In this document: in pieces, positions 28,888 through 40,152 of the stretch | Layout of the letters: each line of letters starts with the position of its first letter | How positions within the stretch are numbered: the first letter of the stretch is position 1 | From: Utricularia gibba | Lineage: Eukaryota; Plantae; Magnoliophyta | Direction of reading: 5' to 3' | Assembly (NCBI GenBank): GCA_002189035.1 | Contig: CM007990.1 | Span: forward strand, 2,170,001-2,234,000 | DNA length: 64,000 nt | Program-made: the position numbers and the translations under genes | The notes under the pieces: generated by a model | Told to the model about the DNA's origin: nothing | Seen by the model: only the letters and a program-made list of their open reading frames with translations | Databases searched by the model: none

Positions 28888-29721
28888 TCACTTCCCATAG
28901 AAAAAACTGAGCATCGTCCGGTACACCGCCCTTCGGCTGTTATTTCTCATTGCTTCCCTCAACTTACCCTCCTCCGGCGCCGCTCCTTTCTCCCTCAGCA
29001 TCACCAACAACTTGTTGGCCTCATCCCCCATCTCAACCTTCAACAACGCCTCCATAATCGCCGCACAAGTCTCAACATTCGGCCTCAAACCGCGACCCGC
29101 CATCTCCACTACGTACTTGTTAGCTTCTTTCACCATCTTCACATCCCCACTCTCAGCCAATCCCCTTATCATAACCCGATAAGTATAAGCATTTGGTAGC
29201 ACCCCACTCGCCAGCATTCGAAGGTATACTTTGTGAGCCTCTTTCGGGTGCCCTGCATTCACGTACGCCTCAAGCACCGCTGTGTGCGCCACCACATCAG
29301 GCATTTGCCCTTTATCTTTGATTTGGGCGAATAGCTCCAGTGCTTCGTGGGTTAATCCGTCCTGAGACAGTCCGTCGAACATCTTGACGGCACTGTTCAT
29401 CAGGCCGTCCTCTCGAATTCTGGCGAACACTTGCTGGAGATTCTTCGGGTCCTCTCGTTCCTCCACAGCAGGCTTTTTGTCGAAGGGATTATAGGGCGGC
29501 GGAAGCTTCGATTTATCCATCTCCTTAGCTACCGTCGCAGTTTCCGAATCCGACTCTGAATCGGAAGGGAGTGCGAAGTTCACCAATTTAGGATTGGGCT
29601 TCTTAGATTCCGTAGGGGTGCAGAATGATCGCACAACCGAGGGAAATCTCTGAAAAAATGACCCAGTCGGGGTGGAGGAGTAGCGGCGGAAGAGGTAGAA
29701 GGCAGGGGCGAAGGCTTTCAT
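28888..29721 (-). CDS. Intronless P-class PPR protein, probably mitochondrial (resembles the At4g38150 type)
   Basis: Open frame from ATG 29721, 277 aa. Presequence-like N-terminus (RRYSS, RSFC). PPR motifs PDVVAHTAVLEAYVNAG and PNAYTYRVMIRGL; EDPKNLQQVF..AVKMFDGLSQDGLTHEALELFAQIKDKGQM. The track's TTG start at 29739 is not needed. Confidence 0.9.
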   Translation of the reverse strand: MKAFAPAFYLFRRYSSTPTGSFFQRFPSVVRSFCTPTESKKPNPKLVNFALPSDSESDSETATVAKEMDKSKLPPPYNPFDKKPAVEEREDPKNLQQVFARIREDGLMNSAVKMFDGLSQDGLTHEALELFAQIKDKGQMPDVVAHTAVLEAYVNAGHPKEAHKVYLRMLASGVLPNAYTYRVMIRGLAESGDVKMVKEANKYVVEMAGRGLRPNVETCAAIMEALLKVEMGDEANKLLVMLREKGAAPEEGKLREAMRNNSRRAVYRTMLSFFYGK

Positions 29722-29935
29722 AGGGGGGACAAATGTCAAGCAGCGTACGAGTAGCTGGAGATGGAGAAGGCAGAATAAAGACGAGATGAAACTGCAAAAG
29801 CCGAGAGAAGAGAATTGTGGAATTGGAGGCGAGGAGGAATGAGCAGGGAGAGCATATATGATTCTCAGCCTCAGGCACCGGCGCAGAACACAGAGTTGGG
29901 CTGGGCTGCAACTGCAATCATGGACCTGTTCTGTG

Positions 29936-30352
29936 TAGGGGTGGGTAATTATTAGGGTTAACGGAACCCAAACACAATAACATAGCCCAATGGATAACTG
30001 AATAACATATTAATTGATCATTGTAACTGAATTGAATTAAATCAGGCTAACCGAATTAACCAATTTTCAAAAAAAAAATTGTTTTACCAAGGGTGATTAT
30101 TGGTGTTAATTGAAATCGAAATTGAGCTGATAATTCAATAAATTTGTAAATTGATAATCAAAATTGAATTAAAAACAAAAATTAATAAAATTTGTTCAAT
30201 TATCTAAAAATGATTAATTTGATAAATAATTGAACTAACCGGTAACCAATTTATGCCAAATTTTACTAACCGAAATCAAAAAACGGTTTAGATTCTATGC
30301 GACTTCGGTTAATTGATTTTTTCAGATATTAACCAAAATTTGATCACCCCTA
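29936..30352. mobile_element. Possible hAT-type MITE
   Basis: TAGGGGTG at the left end and CACCCCTA at the right end, with internal AACCG repeats. No 8-bp TSD found. Confidence 0.45.
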
Positions 30353-31235
30353 GGCCTAGGCCTAGGCCTTACTGCCATCCATGAAATTTAGAAGTTAGCA
30401 TGGTTAAGGCTCTACAATCTGCTGATTTAAAGCTCCTTGCTTCAACCGCAGGTGTAGTACTCACCATTTTAATTGCTCTTCCATGAAATGGATCTCAAAT
30501 ATGTATAGAGAGCAGAGCAGAGCAGATTCAATAGTGGGCCAGGTTGACAACAACACCCAACCAAGCAACGCGCACCATGCCCTTGTTGTAAACACACAAG
30601 TCCCTTGTGAGACTTGCTTCTATAGCTTGGAAGGAAGATTGAATCTCCTTCCCTATAGCGCCACGAGTATGGACAAGGAAATTTGACTAACTCCTTATTA
30701 TGATGCATTCGGTGGGGGTTCAGGATAAATCCCCACCCGAGACCGAGATGATCATACAATAGGGGCGCGTTTGGTTGTTGGGTTTAGGTGGGTTGTGACA
30801 TGGGTTTAGTTATAAACCCACGTTTGGTTCGTGGGTTTCAGGTGGGTAAAAATAAACCCACCTGTTGACCATAAACCAGACGGGAACCCGTGAAGCTGGG
30901 TTTAGCTAAACCCAGGGGAGGGGGAGGGGGGTCGGTTTAGCTAAACCCAGTTCGGCACTTCCACTTTTGCCCTTGCGTGAACTGCATTTGAACGCAGGTC
31001 TACAACCCAGCATTCGTTCATGCTTTGCCAGTGGCGTCGCCTGTTTGAGCGCAAGAGGGTGGGTCTTTCGGTAAGTATGCTTTCTGTTCTTGGTGGATTG
31101 GTCCACGGTAGCATTGTGAGGGGCCAACCACGGCAGCACCGCGCTTGTGGATTTTTATCTGTGAATTTCCAATTTCAGAATCTGTGGTGCTGTGGTGGAT
31201 TTATTTTGCTCGATTTTGGTGACTATTGAGGGGAC

Positions 31236-32581
31236 ATGGATTTTTTCACGGAGGGTCATGTCATCTTGAGTGCGGCAGCGGCAGTTTTGACTAAATACTT
31301 GGTGCAGATGAATGTGTTAGTATACTTACATTCAAGGAAATAGCGTAGGGGATATAGGCTGAGACGCAAGTATTAACTTACAGACAAGATTTCTAGACAA
31401 GTTGAGTTTATTAGTAGGTTGGTGAGTGATGTGAACAGCGCATCCATTGAGAATTTGAGAATCAGCCGAGATGCATTGGGTGTTTTATGTAGTCTATTAG
31501 AAAATCGTTCTAACTTAAAGGCTGGAAAATATGTAACGGTTCCGGAGATGGTTTGCATGTTTTTAGGAATATTAGGTCATCATAAAAAAATGCAGGTGCA
31601 GAAGCATACCTACGGGAGGAGCACCGAGACTGTGTCTCGGTGCTTCCAAAAGGTGTTGCATGTGGTGCTTATCCTCCATGAGGTGTTGTTAGAGACCCTC
31701 GGTAGTCGCTGCAGAACGTGCATCCGAAAGAAAGTTTAAACACTTCCAGGTTGACACATCTTTCATGCTTCTTTTTACGAATGTGTATCCTAAAATTGAT
31801 TATGCATTTGCAGGGTTGTGTTGGAGCCATAGATGTCACATATATCGGTATACGAGTTAACAAATGTGATGCTGCAAGGTATAGAAATCGAAAGGGGGTG
31901 ATATCCACCAACGTGCTGGGTGTATGTGATGAACACATGAAATTTATATATGTGCTTGCTGGGTGGGAGGGGTCTGCTGCAAATAGTCGGGCTCTCAATG
32001 ATGCACTATCACGATCCGACGGCTTCCGTGTACGCCCAAGTATTTCACTTGTTTAGCCCTTGCACATGTGATTCCAATGATTTTATGCACCTGGTATACG
32101 CGATGACACATGAACATATTACCTATGTGACAATGGATACGTCAATAGGGAGGGCTTTTTGGCACCATACCGTGGAGTCCGTTACCACTTGAAGGAGTGA
32201 GGCCAGGGAAATGAAGCACCCCAGAATGCGAAGGAGTTATTCAACATGCGGCATGCATCAGCCAGAAATGTGATCGAACGAGCTTGGGGCTTGATGAAGA
32301 TGCGGTGGGGTATACTACGGACGACTAGCTACTATTCCGTAGACACACAGAACCGCATTGTATTGGCATGTGCTTTACTTCATAACCTCATTCGAAAGGA
32401 GATGGTGGTCGATCCCTTGGAGGATCAGGCCCCATTGGACTTCCAGGATGAAGCTGGGGACACGAGTGATCCAAAAGATGTCACGACATCTGCCGGAGGG
32501 AATCAGGCATGGAATAGGTGGCGTGACCAGCAAGCCGAGGGGATGTACATCGAGTGGCTGGCATCCCGCAGGCGCCGCTAG
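31236..32581 (+). pseudogene. Harbinger DDE transposase (DDE_Tnp_4/HARBI1-like), inactivated
   Basis: GCVGAIDVTYI, FIYVLAGWEGSAANSR, YYLCDNGY and FNMRHASARNVIERAWG. Intron 31750-31813; a second intron starts at 32040. Premature TAG/TAA near 31340-31380 and TGA at 32198; frameshift near 31690; conserved SAAD appears as SAAN. Confidence 0.9.
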
Positions 32582-32699
32582 TGTAGCATTGTTTTAGACA
32601 TTGTCAACCTAGTGGTTTTCCTTAATTCCCGTACCGAACCTATCGTGTCGTTTGTACTCCAACTTGAACTTGAAATTGCAAAGTATTTGGTTGTTGATG

Positions 32700-33220
32700 T
32701 ACAAATTATTGGGATTGTACAAAAAAATATCGTGTGTTACCATGTGGTAACATGGTAACACACGGTGGATCATTGGAGCCAACACCGCGATCTTCAGTTG
32801 AGGTGCTACAAATGCTTGTAGCACACCACCGTTGTGGGCAGCACCACGTGTTTCACCGTATCCGGTGCTCATAAAAATTAAAGATTAGATGAGTGTGAAT
32901 CTGATGCATAGTAGTGAGGGTATTTGGTAGTACAACAAATCGTCATTTGACCGAACACCGCGAACCGTAATATGTAGTGCTTTTGTACGCTTGGGCTATA
33001 CCGCGTTCAGTGCTGCACCGGATGTTTCCTCATATCCGGTGCTGTCAAAATTTAGAAGTAGATGTGTATGCAGCTGGTACATGTTAGCGTGGGTGATTGG
33101 TAGTACAATAATACTCCATTTGACGAAACACCGCGATCCGTAATATGCGGTGTTTCTAAATGCGTGAGGTACGCTACGCATTCCACAGCACCGAGAAAAC
33201 ATAATCCGGTGTTCTGAGTT
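32700..33220. repeat. Three diverged ~173-bp tandem units with internal palindromes
   Basis: AACACCGCGA at 32781, 32954 and 33127 (exact 173-bp spacing). ATCCGGTG at 32860, 33034 and 33204. Confidence 0.8.
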
Positions 33221-33525
33221 CCAAAAACAAAATACCATAAAATATTGCAGTTATCTAGCATTAAATGCAAAAGACGGTTGACAACTGCTCAGTGCTATTA
33301 ATACCCCCTGCGCACAATAAAGACGTCTGACATTGTGCACTTTCCAAAACAACTTCATTAATTCTACCCATCCAACTCCACCCTTTCGGCAAACGTACAG
33401 CAGCACCGCGAAAACAATCTCCTCGGCAACCTCTCTAGAACAGCGCCACGACGGTAGGCACCTTTGCCTTTTGTGTTTCAAATTCTTCGTTGCCATTGTC
33501 GAGTAACACGTCTATTGTTTTCCAG

Positions 33526-34967
33526 TTGTTGACGTGCGAGAAACTACGTGTCCGCTTCTCAATTTCATACAGTTACACGATGTGGGATAAACAGCCGGGC
33601 GAAACGTCCGACGGCGAACCGCCATCCAGAGTTGGCGGTTCGGGATTCACCGTCAGCACCGAGCACTTTCGGTGTGGATTGCGACTCCCCCCGCCCCCTT
33701 TCTTGGTGCAAATACTTGCTGCACTCCAGATCCCGCTCTCCCACCTCACACCGCGTTCTGTGACACACATTCTCGCATTTCTGCAGATCTGTGAAGAGGA
33801 GGAAATACCCCCGGAAATGCGTGTCTTCTTTGCGGTTTCTGTTTGTGTCCCACGCAAGGGGAGTCCGCACTACTCGCTTCATGGAAAACTTGGTGTGGTA
33901 CTGGTTACAGACGTGAGAAGCGCATATGATGATTGGTGGACTAGTTTTGTATGGGTATGCCCACCCACCGCTGTAGAATGGCCAACAACGTTGACAATGC
34001 CAGAGAATGTGGGACACCCATCAGGTAATCATAAACAATTATTTCGGATATTCACACGTCTTGTTGAACAGTACTCATGTTTTTTTGTTGTTTGCGTTAT
34101 AGGCATGGAGGTATTGCCAAAACGTGCGGCAAGGATGAATTTATTCTCTTGCAGAACAAAGTACTTGGAGGACGTCTTGCCCCTCTTCATCAATGCCCCT
34201 AGGACACAGCATCTGTGGTGCGGAACCCCTTGACACTGTAGACAACGTAGGAGTACAAATGATGATCTTGAGGAGATGACCCATGAAGAGGATGAAGATG
34301 TGCAGCCAGAAGTCGGGGGAAACACGGAGGGGCCAACACTGATTTCGACACACGACGACGGGTGCGGTGCTGCCACTGCAAAGTATATCCAAATGGACAA
34401 ACTGTATGCAGAGAATCTTGATCTCTGTGGTCGGCTTGCATGGTATGAAGCAAGGTGGCCATACGGTGGACCATCGAGTGATAACACGGCCCCACCACGG
34501 AAGTTGCTTATATTTGACATGAATGGCGTACTTGCGGACATTGTGTATCCTCGCGAAGTCAGATGGGGAGCGCCGAAGCCTGATGACGTCATTTACAGGC
34601 GAAACGGTAATGCAATGTCATTGATATGCATTTAATATTTGGTGCATGTATCAGTACTATTTCTTGTGCTTGTAGTGTATCTTCGACCAGGTGCACGTGA
34701 GTTGATACAGTTTTGCATGGAACATTTTGACGTCGCCATCTGGTCTTCAAGAGGGCGGTAAGACTGACCACCTAGCAGACAAGGGGGTCCGCATTCCTGC
34801 TGGCATTTTTTTTTTCTGACGACATGTGGCAGTGAACAATTGCATGATGTGATTCAGTGTTACTAGGGACTGTAGCAGCCAGCAAGCTCGTCTTCCAATG
34901 GGATGGATCCAGGTGTGTGGACACCGGCTATCCGGTGCCGTCTCTGGATTTGAAACCTTGTGTCTAG
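33526..34967 (+). pseudogene. Chimeric cargo gene: Transposase_28-like domain, acidic linker and FCP1/NIF-like HAD phosphatase fragment
   Basis: FRCGLRLPPPPFLVQILAALQIPLSHLTPRSVTHILAFLQIC..WWTSFVWV resembles Transposase_28. RKLLIFDMNGVLADIV, VYLRPGARELIQFCMEHFDVAIWSSR and KLVFQWDGSRCVDTGY resemble the NIF family. GT-AG introns at 34025-34102, 34607-34675 and 34758-34832 keep the frame. One in-frame TGA at 34231 and a 1-bp deletion near 34860. Confidence 0.75.
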
Positions 34968-35699
34968 ACGTGGTGCTTCGTAATATGCAGCACCAATGCG
35001 GTGCTAGTCCACTTATCGCGATAGCACCGGATGTTTTAACATCCGGTGCGTTCACTGGATATGCTTCTCTTGTGAGAGTCTTCCACCACGATTGGGCTGT
35101 GCATACCTGCAATCTATGCTGGAGGAAAGAAAACAGCAAGAAAAAAGCACCTACACCGAGCACTTACCACAAGTAAACCGTAAAATTCACTCAAAATTCA
35201 ACGGATTTCGAACGACAAACTCTGCGCAACGAAGGGAGTATACAAACTGGCTATAACCCATGGCTGTTCACTCTCAATTACTTGTGAAATTGAGAGATCT
35301 CGTCGATCGGCAGCACCGCGACAACCGAGTGTGAAAGTCAGTGAACGCATTGGGAAAACTTTGGTAATAAAGAGGGATATGTCGTATTGGTAAAGTCGGT
35401 GTGGAGGGCGGTAGACGAGTGTGAAAGGCTATATTGGTAAATTTCCAAAAAAATTATGTATAAACCCAATTTTATACCCACCAACCAAACGTGAGTTCAT
35501 TTAAACCCAAATAATGTAAACCCATCAACCAAACACGATTCCTAAACCTAAACCCACAAAACCGGGTTTCCTAAACCCAAATAAACTAAACCTGGGTTTA
35601 GGTCAAACCCAGCAACCAAACGTGCCCTAGGAATAGGTGGATGGAATCCAGGGAAGGAGAAGAGAAGACATCTCACACTCACTAGCCACCTCATTTGGT

Positions 35700-36940
35700 G
35701 GTGTCAAATATGCCCAAATGGACTTATCTTCCAAATTACATCTAACAACAAGGGGATGCTAGCTCATTTCACGAGGTGTGTGAGGCTCGGGAGGTTGGTG
35801 TGCGGTAAGTTTCCTTACAATGTTTACTTCGGTTTTGATTCAGGTTTTGACTTCAATTTTCCTTTCAAACCGAATCCCTTGGTATTGAACCTCGTGATGC
35901 GACCTACCTCACAGAAGGAGACAAAGGTGTCAGATCTTTTGCAACTCCAAATCCAACTTCGGATGCCAAGGAGATGCCGAAAAGCATCAGTAAGGGAAAG
36001 GAGAAACTATCGCTTTCTCCTAAAATCAACTTGCTCCCCGCTCTCAAGATGCTTCTGCATGGGTGCCCCCTTTTGCTGCTACCAAGGACCCTTAGGCCTC
36101 TTCGAGTCAAATTCATGCCGAGTTGCATGCGGCATTAGACAAGACGGTTTCCAAATCTCCTATGTTTCCGAAGGAATCGGTTTTGGGAGGCATTTGGTAG
36201 GTTGGTTTCCCCTCAAGTTTTCCTATTTTGAGGATCCATCAGGTCTTCACAATCGATTTATCTCTCAGATGGAAACTGGCTCAAGGACTTGAGTCTCTTA
36301 GCACGAGGGGTTTAGAGCTCAAAACTATAATAGCGGCAAAGGACTTAGAGATTGAACATTTGCAGGATGAGGAGAGTTCCCTAAAGGCCAGGATAGGTTG
36401 GTAAGCGGTCCTATCATGAAGCGAAGCTAGAGATTGTCATGAGTGAATGGGGAAGATGATTGATAATACCAACCTCGAGAAAGAGGGCTTTAAAGCTAGG
36501 TTCGAGGAAATCGACTTGGATCTCATTCATGCAAAAGAGTGCATCTCGGCACTGGAGTCCGAATTACACAATCAAGAGTTGGCTTGCCAAGAAATATTGG
36601 ACAACTTTGTTTGCTCTGGCTGCTTCTTGGAGCTTTCCGATCTTTACTCGGGGCGACTTAGTCGGTCTACTACTGTATTGGCAGCTGCGCCAGATCGCGA
36701 CTATATTCAGCATCTCGTTTATCGACCCTTGTTGAGATCAGGTGGCTTCCCTTGATAAGGATGAGAATATGCAGGAAGTCCGACTCGATCAAATTGAAGC
36801 TCTGGAACTCGGATTCACAGCCGACTTGCCATGCTTCGAGGCCATCATTCGAGAAAGGATGAAAGAGGAAGACACTGCAAAGTTGGACACCAAACTAAAG
36901 AGGCATGTTGGCTCGTCCACCAATCCCCTCTCTTGAACAT
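35700..36940 (+). mobile_element. Decayed retrotransposon-associated coiled-coil ORF remnant (possibly a Tat/Ogre accessory ORF)
   Basis: GC-richer broken frames with heptad-like segments (ELKTIIAAKDLEIEHLQDEESSLKAR; ALESELHNQELACQE) and no host-gene structure. Family assignment is inference. Confidence 0.35.
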
Positions 36941-37209
36941 TTATTTCTAAACTTCAAGTAGAGTTAATTGTTTTGCCCCATTTTGGGGTTTTTTTTGTAC
37001 TTGGGTCCCGGTTTGATTTCTCCCAATTTGGGAGTTTTGGTTTTATGCATATCTTCATCTACTATTGTGCCATCTCTTTGATTGAGTTTTTTGCCTAAGT
37101 TTTTTCTTATACACGCCGAACCACTACTAGAGATGTGAGCCATTACCCCTTGTGGGCTGAGTCACTTCTCCAATCTGAAAAAGATGTAAGCAATAGTTTA
37201 AAAAATTGG

Positions 37210-38510
37210 GTGATGGATTTAAGACCCTATCAATTCATCAACTATGTGTGCCTCTATTAAAATGTGTAAAACAAGAATTACATATTTGGATTGATAGCAT
37301 TCGAGCCATTTGGTCTAAGACTGATAGTACAATTATGGGAGATGATTGGACAAATGCTTGTTTACGTAGCCTCATCAATTTTTTGATTTATTGTCTCAGA
37401 TGAACTATTTTTTATCAATCTGTTGATGCTTCTTAGAAAGTAAAAGATGCAACTTATGTTCTAATTTCAAGGGGTCAATGAATGGGTTGATTAGAAACAT
37501 CATATTGTATTTGACAATGCATCCAATTATATTACTTCTGAAAGGCTTATTGAAGAGCATTATAGCTCAATTAATTAGTCTTCGTGTGTTTCTGATTGTT
37601 TGAACTGGATAATGAAGGACATTGGAAAAATGAATTGAATCAAACAAATTGTTGAAGAGTCTTTAAAAATTAGTATATATTAATAAAAAATGGCTTGCAT
37701 GGTTGAGCCGAAGAGAAACATGGAGAGAAATAATGAAAAAAGTGTACACAAGATTTGAGATCATATTTATTACATTGCATAGTTTGATTAAATTTAGAGA
37801 GGGTCTTGAGACATTGGTTGTTCAATGAGAATTTTGTCAATCAAATGTTAACAAAGACAAAAAAAGAGTAGAGTTTAGAAAATTATTATTGAATGACGGA
37901 ATGTGGAATGACTTTATATGTCATTATGAACGTTGTGCAATCAATGATGCGTATGCTAAGGATCTTAGATGTTGTTAAAATTGAGAATTCATAGGATTAA
38001 AAATGCAATCATTACTATTTTTTAAGGTTAAAAAAATTGTATGAACCATTTGTTAGAGTAATCGAGTATCGTTGGGATAAATAGTTTTACGAAGATATTC
38101 ATGCAGCAGTCTTTTGGCTTAATCCACTATTTCAATATGATCCAAATCTATGTGAAATGATAAATGGTGTAATGAATATGTACTTATTAGGAATTAAGAT
38201 TTTTCTCAAAGATTAGAATGTTTCAATTGAGATATTGCTTTAAATATAAACTATTCAAAAAAGCATGAGCATGATAAACTCATTGAATCATTTAACATTT
38301 TTATTTATATATATGTTTTTTATTTTTTCAGTTTTAATTAACTTTAATTTAACTGAAAATTGGTGGAAATACTTTGGGGAAATGCACCAAAATTGAAGAA
38401 ATTAGCAATCAAGATCCTTTGACAAAAAGCTTTACCTTTAGATTGTGAACATAACTGGAAAATATTTGACTAAATTCATTTGAAAAAAAGGAACAAATTG
38501 ATTATGACAA
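37210..38510 (+). pseudogene. Decayed hAT transposase (DUF659 plus dimerisation domain)
   Basis: STIMGDDWTNACLRSLINFLIYC..YQSVDAS and NWWKYFGG/NAPKLKKLAIKIL..CEHNWKIF..IHLKKRNKL, with stops and frameshifts. Confidence 0.8.
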
Positions 38511-38866
38511 GTGATTTTGTTTCGTTTCAAAAAATTTTATTTCAATACTCCTATGTATTGTTTTTATTTATTTTATACACCACTTTTTCATTATTTTTAA
38601 TTAATTTTACATCTTTTACACTACTTTAATCATTTTGTAGAGAAAATATAGTTTTTGGATTTTTAGGACATTTTTGTATCAATTTGAGGATAAATTGATG
38701 TTAATTCTACAAGTGAATACAAAACGTCAAAGTAATAAAATAATATCATATCCACATGAATTGTTATTGGAATTTTCTTTCAAAACAATGATTCAAAAAG
38801 ACCAAAAATAAAACAAATGATTGGGTTTAAAAACAATGTAAAAGTAGTTTTGAATCTAGAATTCAC

Positions 38867-40152
38867 TGTTGCGTGTCGTTTCCTCAACAAATTTTAAATA
38901 TTTAAAATGTAGGACACTAGAAAGCATAGTACGAGTATCGATCTCAGAGAGTTGTTTTTCGTGGAAACTGTTTTGTAAATAACTTCTACAAAATATCACA
39001 GTTTTTAAGATGCAGAAATAAAAGATGCAACCTAAGTGATGGGCCTTGACTACGGGACGCAGTTCCTGGGAATAAGACTCCATCTCCTTCCTTTATCCGT
39101 CCTTGCCTCGGTTTTCATTGATTTCTTCCGAATAGCTGGTTATAGGAGCAAAGAATAGTCTATTCTCCCTTACACTCTGATTGACAAGGAGGCACGGGAA
39201 TAGCCTCATGTGATTCCCTCTTGGACGATTAGGAAGACAAGAGGATTGCCTTCAAAACCGAATTGTGCGCGTGTGCCCAGCTGTTGTCAATGGCCAGTGG
39301 CAGGTCCGAGGTCACAACCTATCCACTGTCGCGGTACCTAGGCCACAAACAATCTACTACTTCCCTCGAACCAGCAGGGTTGGAGTTGATGCTCTTCACC
39401 TTGATCTTCATCAAAATCCGCGAGAAGTGGCCTGCTACTTATGGATCTTGACTAAGAGTCATTACAGAAAGACTGTAACAAGACGCGTGGAAGTATGCGG
39501 AATCCGAATAGAATTCAGTGAAGAACCGAGTGTATTGCTCAGGACTTGGAAGGAAACTTCATCTACTTCCCAGAAACTAAAGGTTTTTAGCCCGAAAGGG
39601 CCATAAAAACAGAAACGAAAAGGAAGCTAAGTGTTCTTTCTCCTTAAGGGGAGGAAAAACCTAAAAGTTCTAAGTACAAAAGAAAATGTTCAAAAGTTCT
39701 AAACTAAGTGTTCCAAGTGGCTTTTATATGACTTCCCACGTGTATTAACTCCTTTGGGTTCACTTCCCATCATTCCTTCTGTCTTGCGTGCACCAGCAGC
39801 CTTTCTTTGCGTGCAAGTTTGCGCCCAATAATTGCTGCAGACTTTGACATGCCGTAAGTCATGGGCCTTGACCAGTGTCAGTCTTCCACCCACAATCATT
39901 CCAACTCGCGTACAAGGCACGAAAACTCAGAGTATGACCACCTGCAATACTCTTGCAACACTCCTAACAGTCTCCTAACATGCCTCGGTCAAAGTGTGAG
40001 AAAAAAAAAGGCATAAAATATACACAAAATGGGAAAATAGGAATTTTCTAGTAAAAATCAAATACTTAATAATAAGACTCCTAATTGGGCGACTTAGCAC
40101 TTAATTAATACATAATAATACCTAAATAATAACTAGAAAATGACACTTAACA
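38867..40152 (-). mobile_element. Solo LTR (1,286 bp) with 5-bp TSD TTCAC
   Basis: Ends TGTTGCGTGTC and GACACTTAACA (imperfect IR, TG..CA). TTCAC at 38862-38866 and 40153-40157. Orientation inferred by analogy with the 4524-5950 LTR. Confidence 0.8.

Larger units (their letters stand above)
30763..35627 (+). mobile_element. Fully bounded PIF/Harbinger DNA transposon (4,865 bp) carrying cargo
   Basis: 23-bp TIRs GGGCGCGTTTGGTTGTTGGGTTT vs GGGCACGTTTGGTTGCTGGGTTT (2 mismatches). 3-bp TSD TAG at 30760-30762 and 35628-35630. Internal HARBI1-like transposase and AAACCC-rich subterminal repeats. Confidence 0.93.

Noticed and set aside
29936-30352. 8-bp TSD for the hAT-like MITE
   Set aside because: Flanks GTTCTGTG and GGCCTAGG do not match, so the element is kept at low confidence only.
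30469-30759. ORFs flanking the Harbinger as an interrupted host gene
   Set aside because: Joining the flanks across the TAG target gives only short frames with stops and no recognisable domain.
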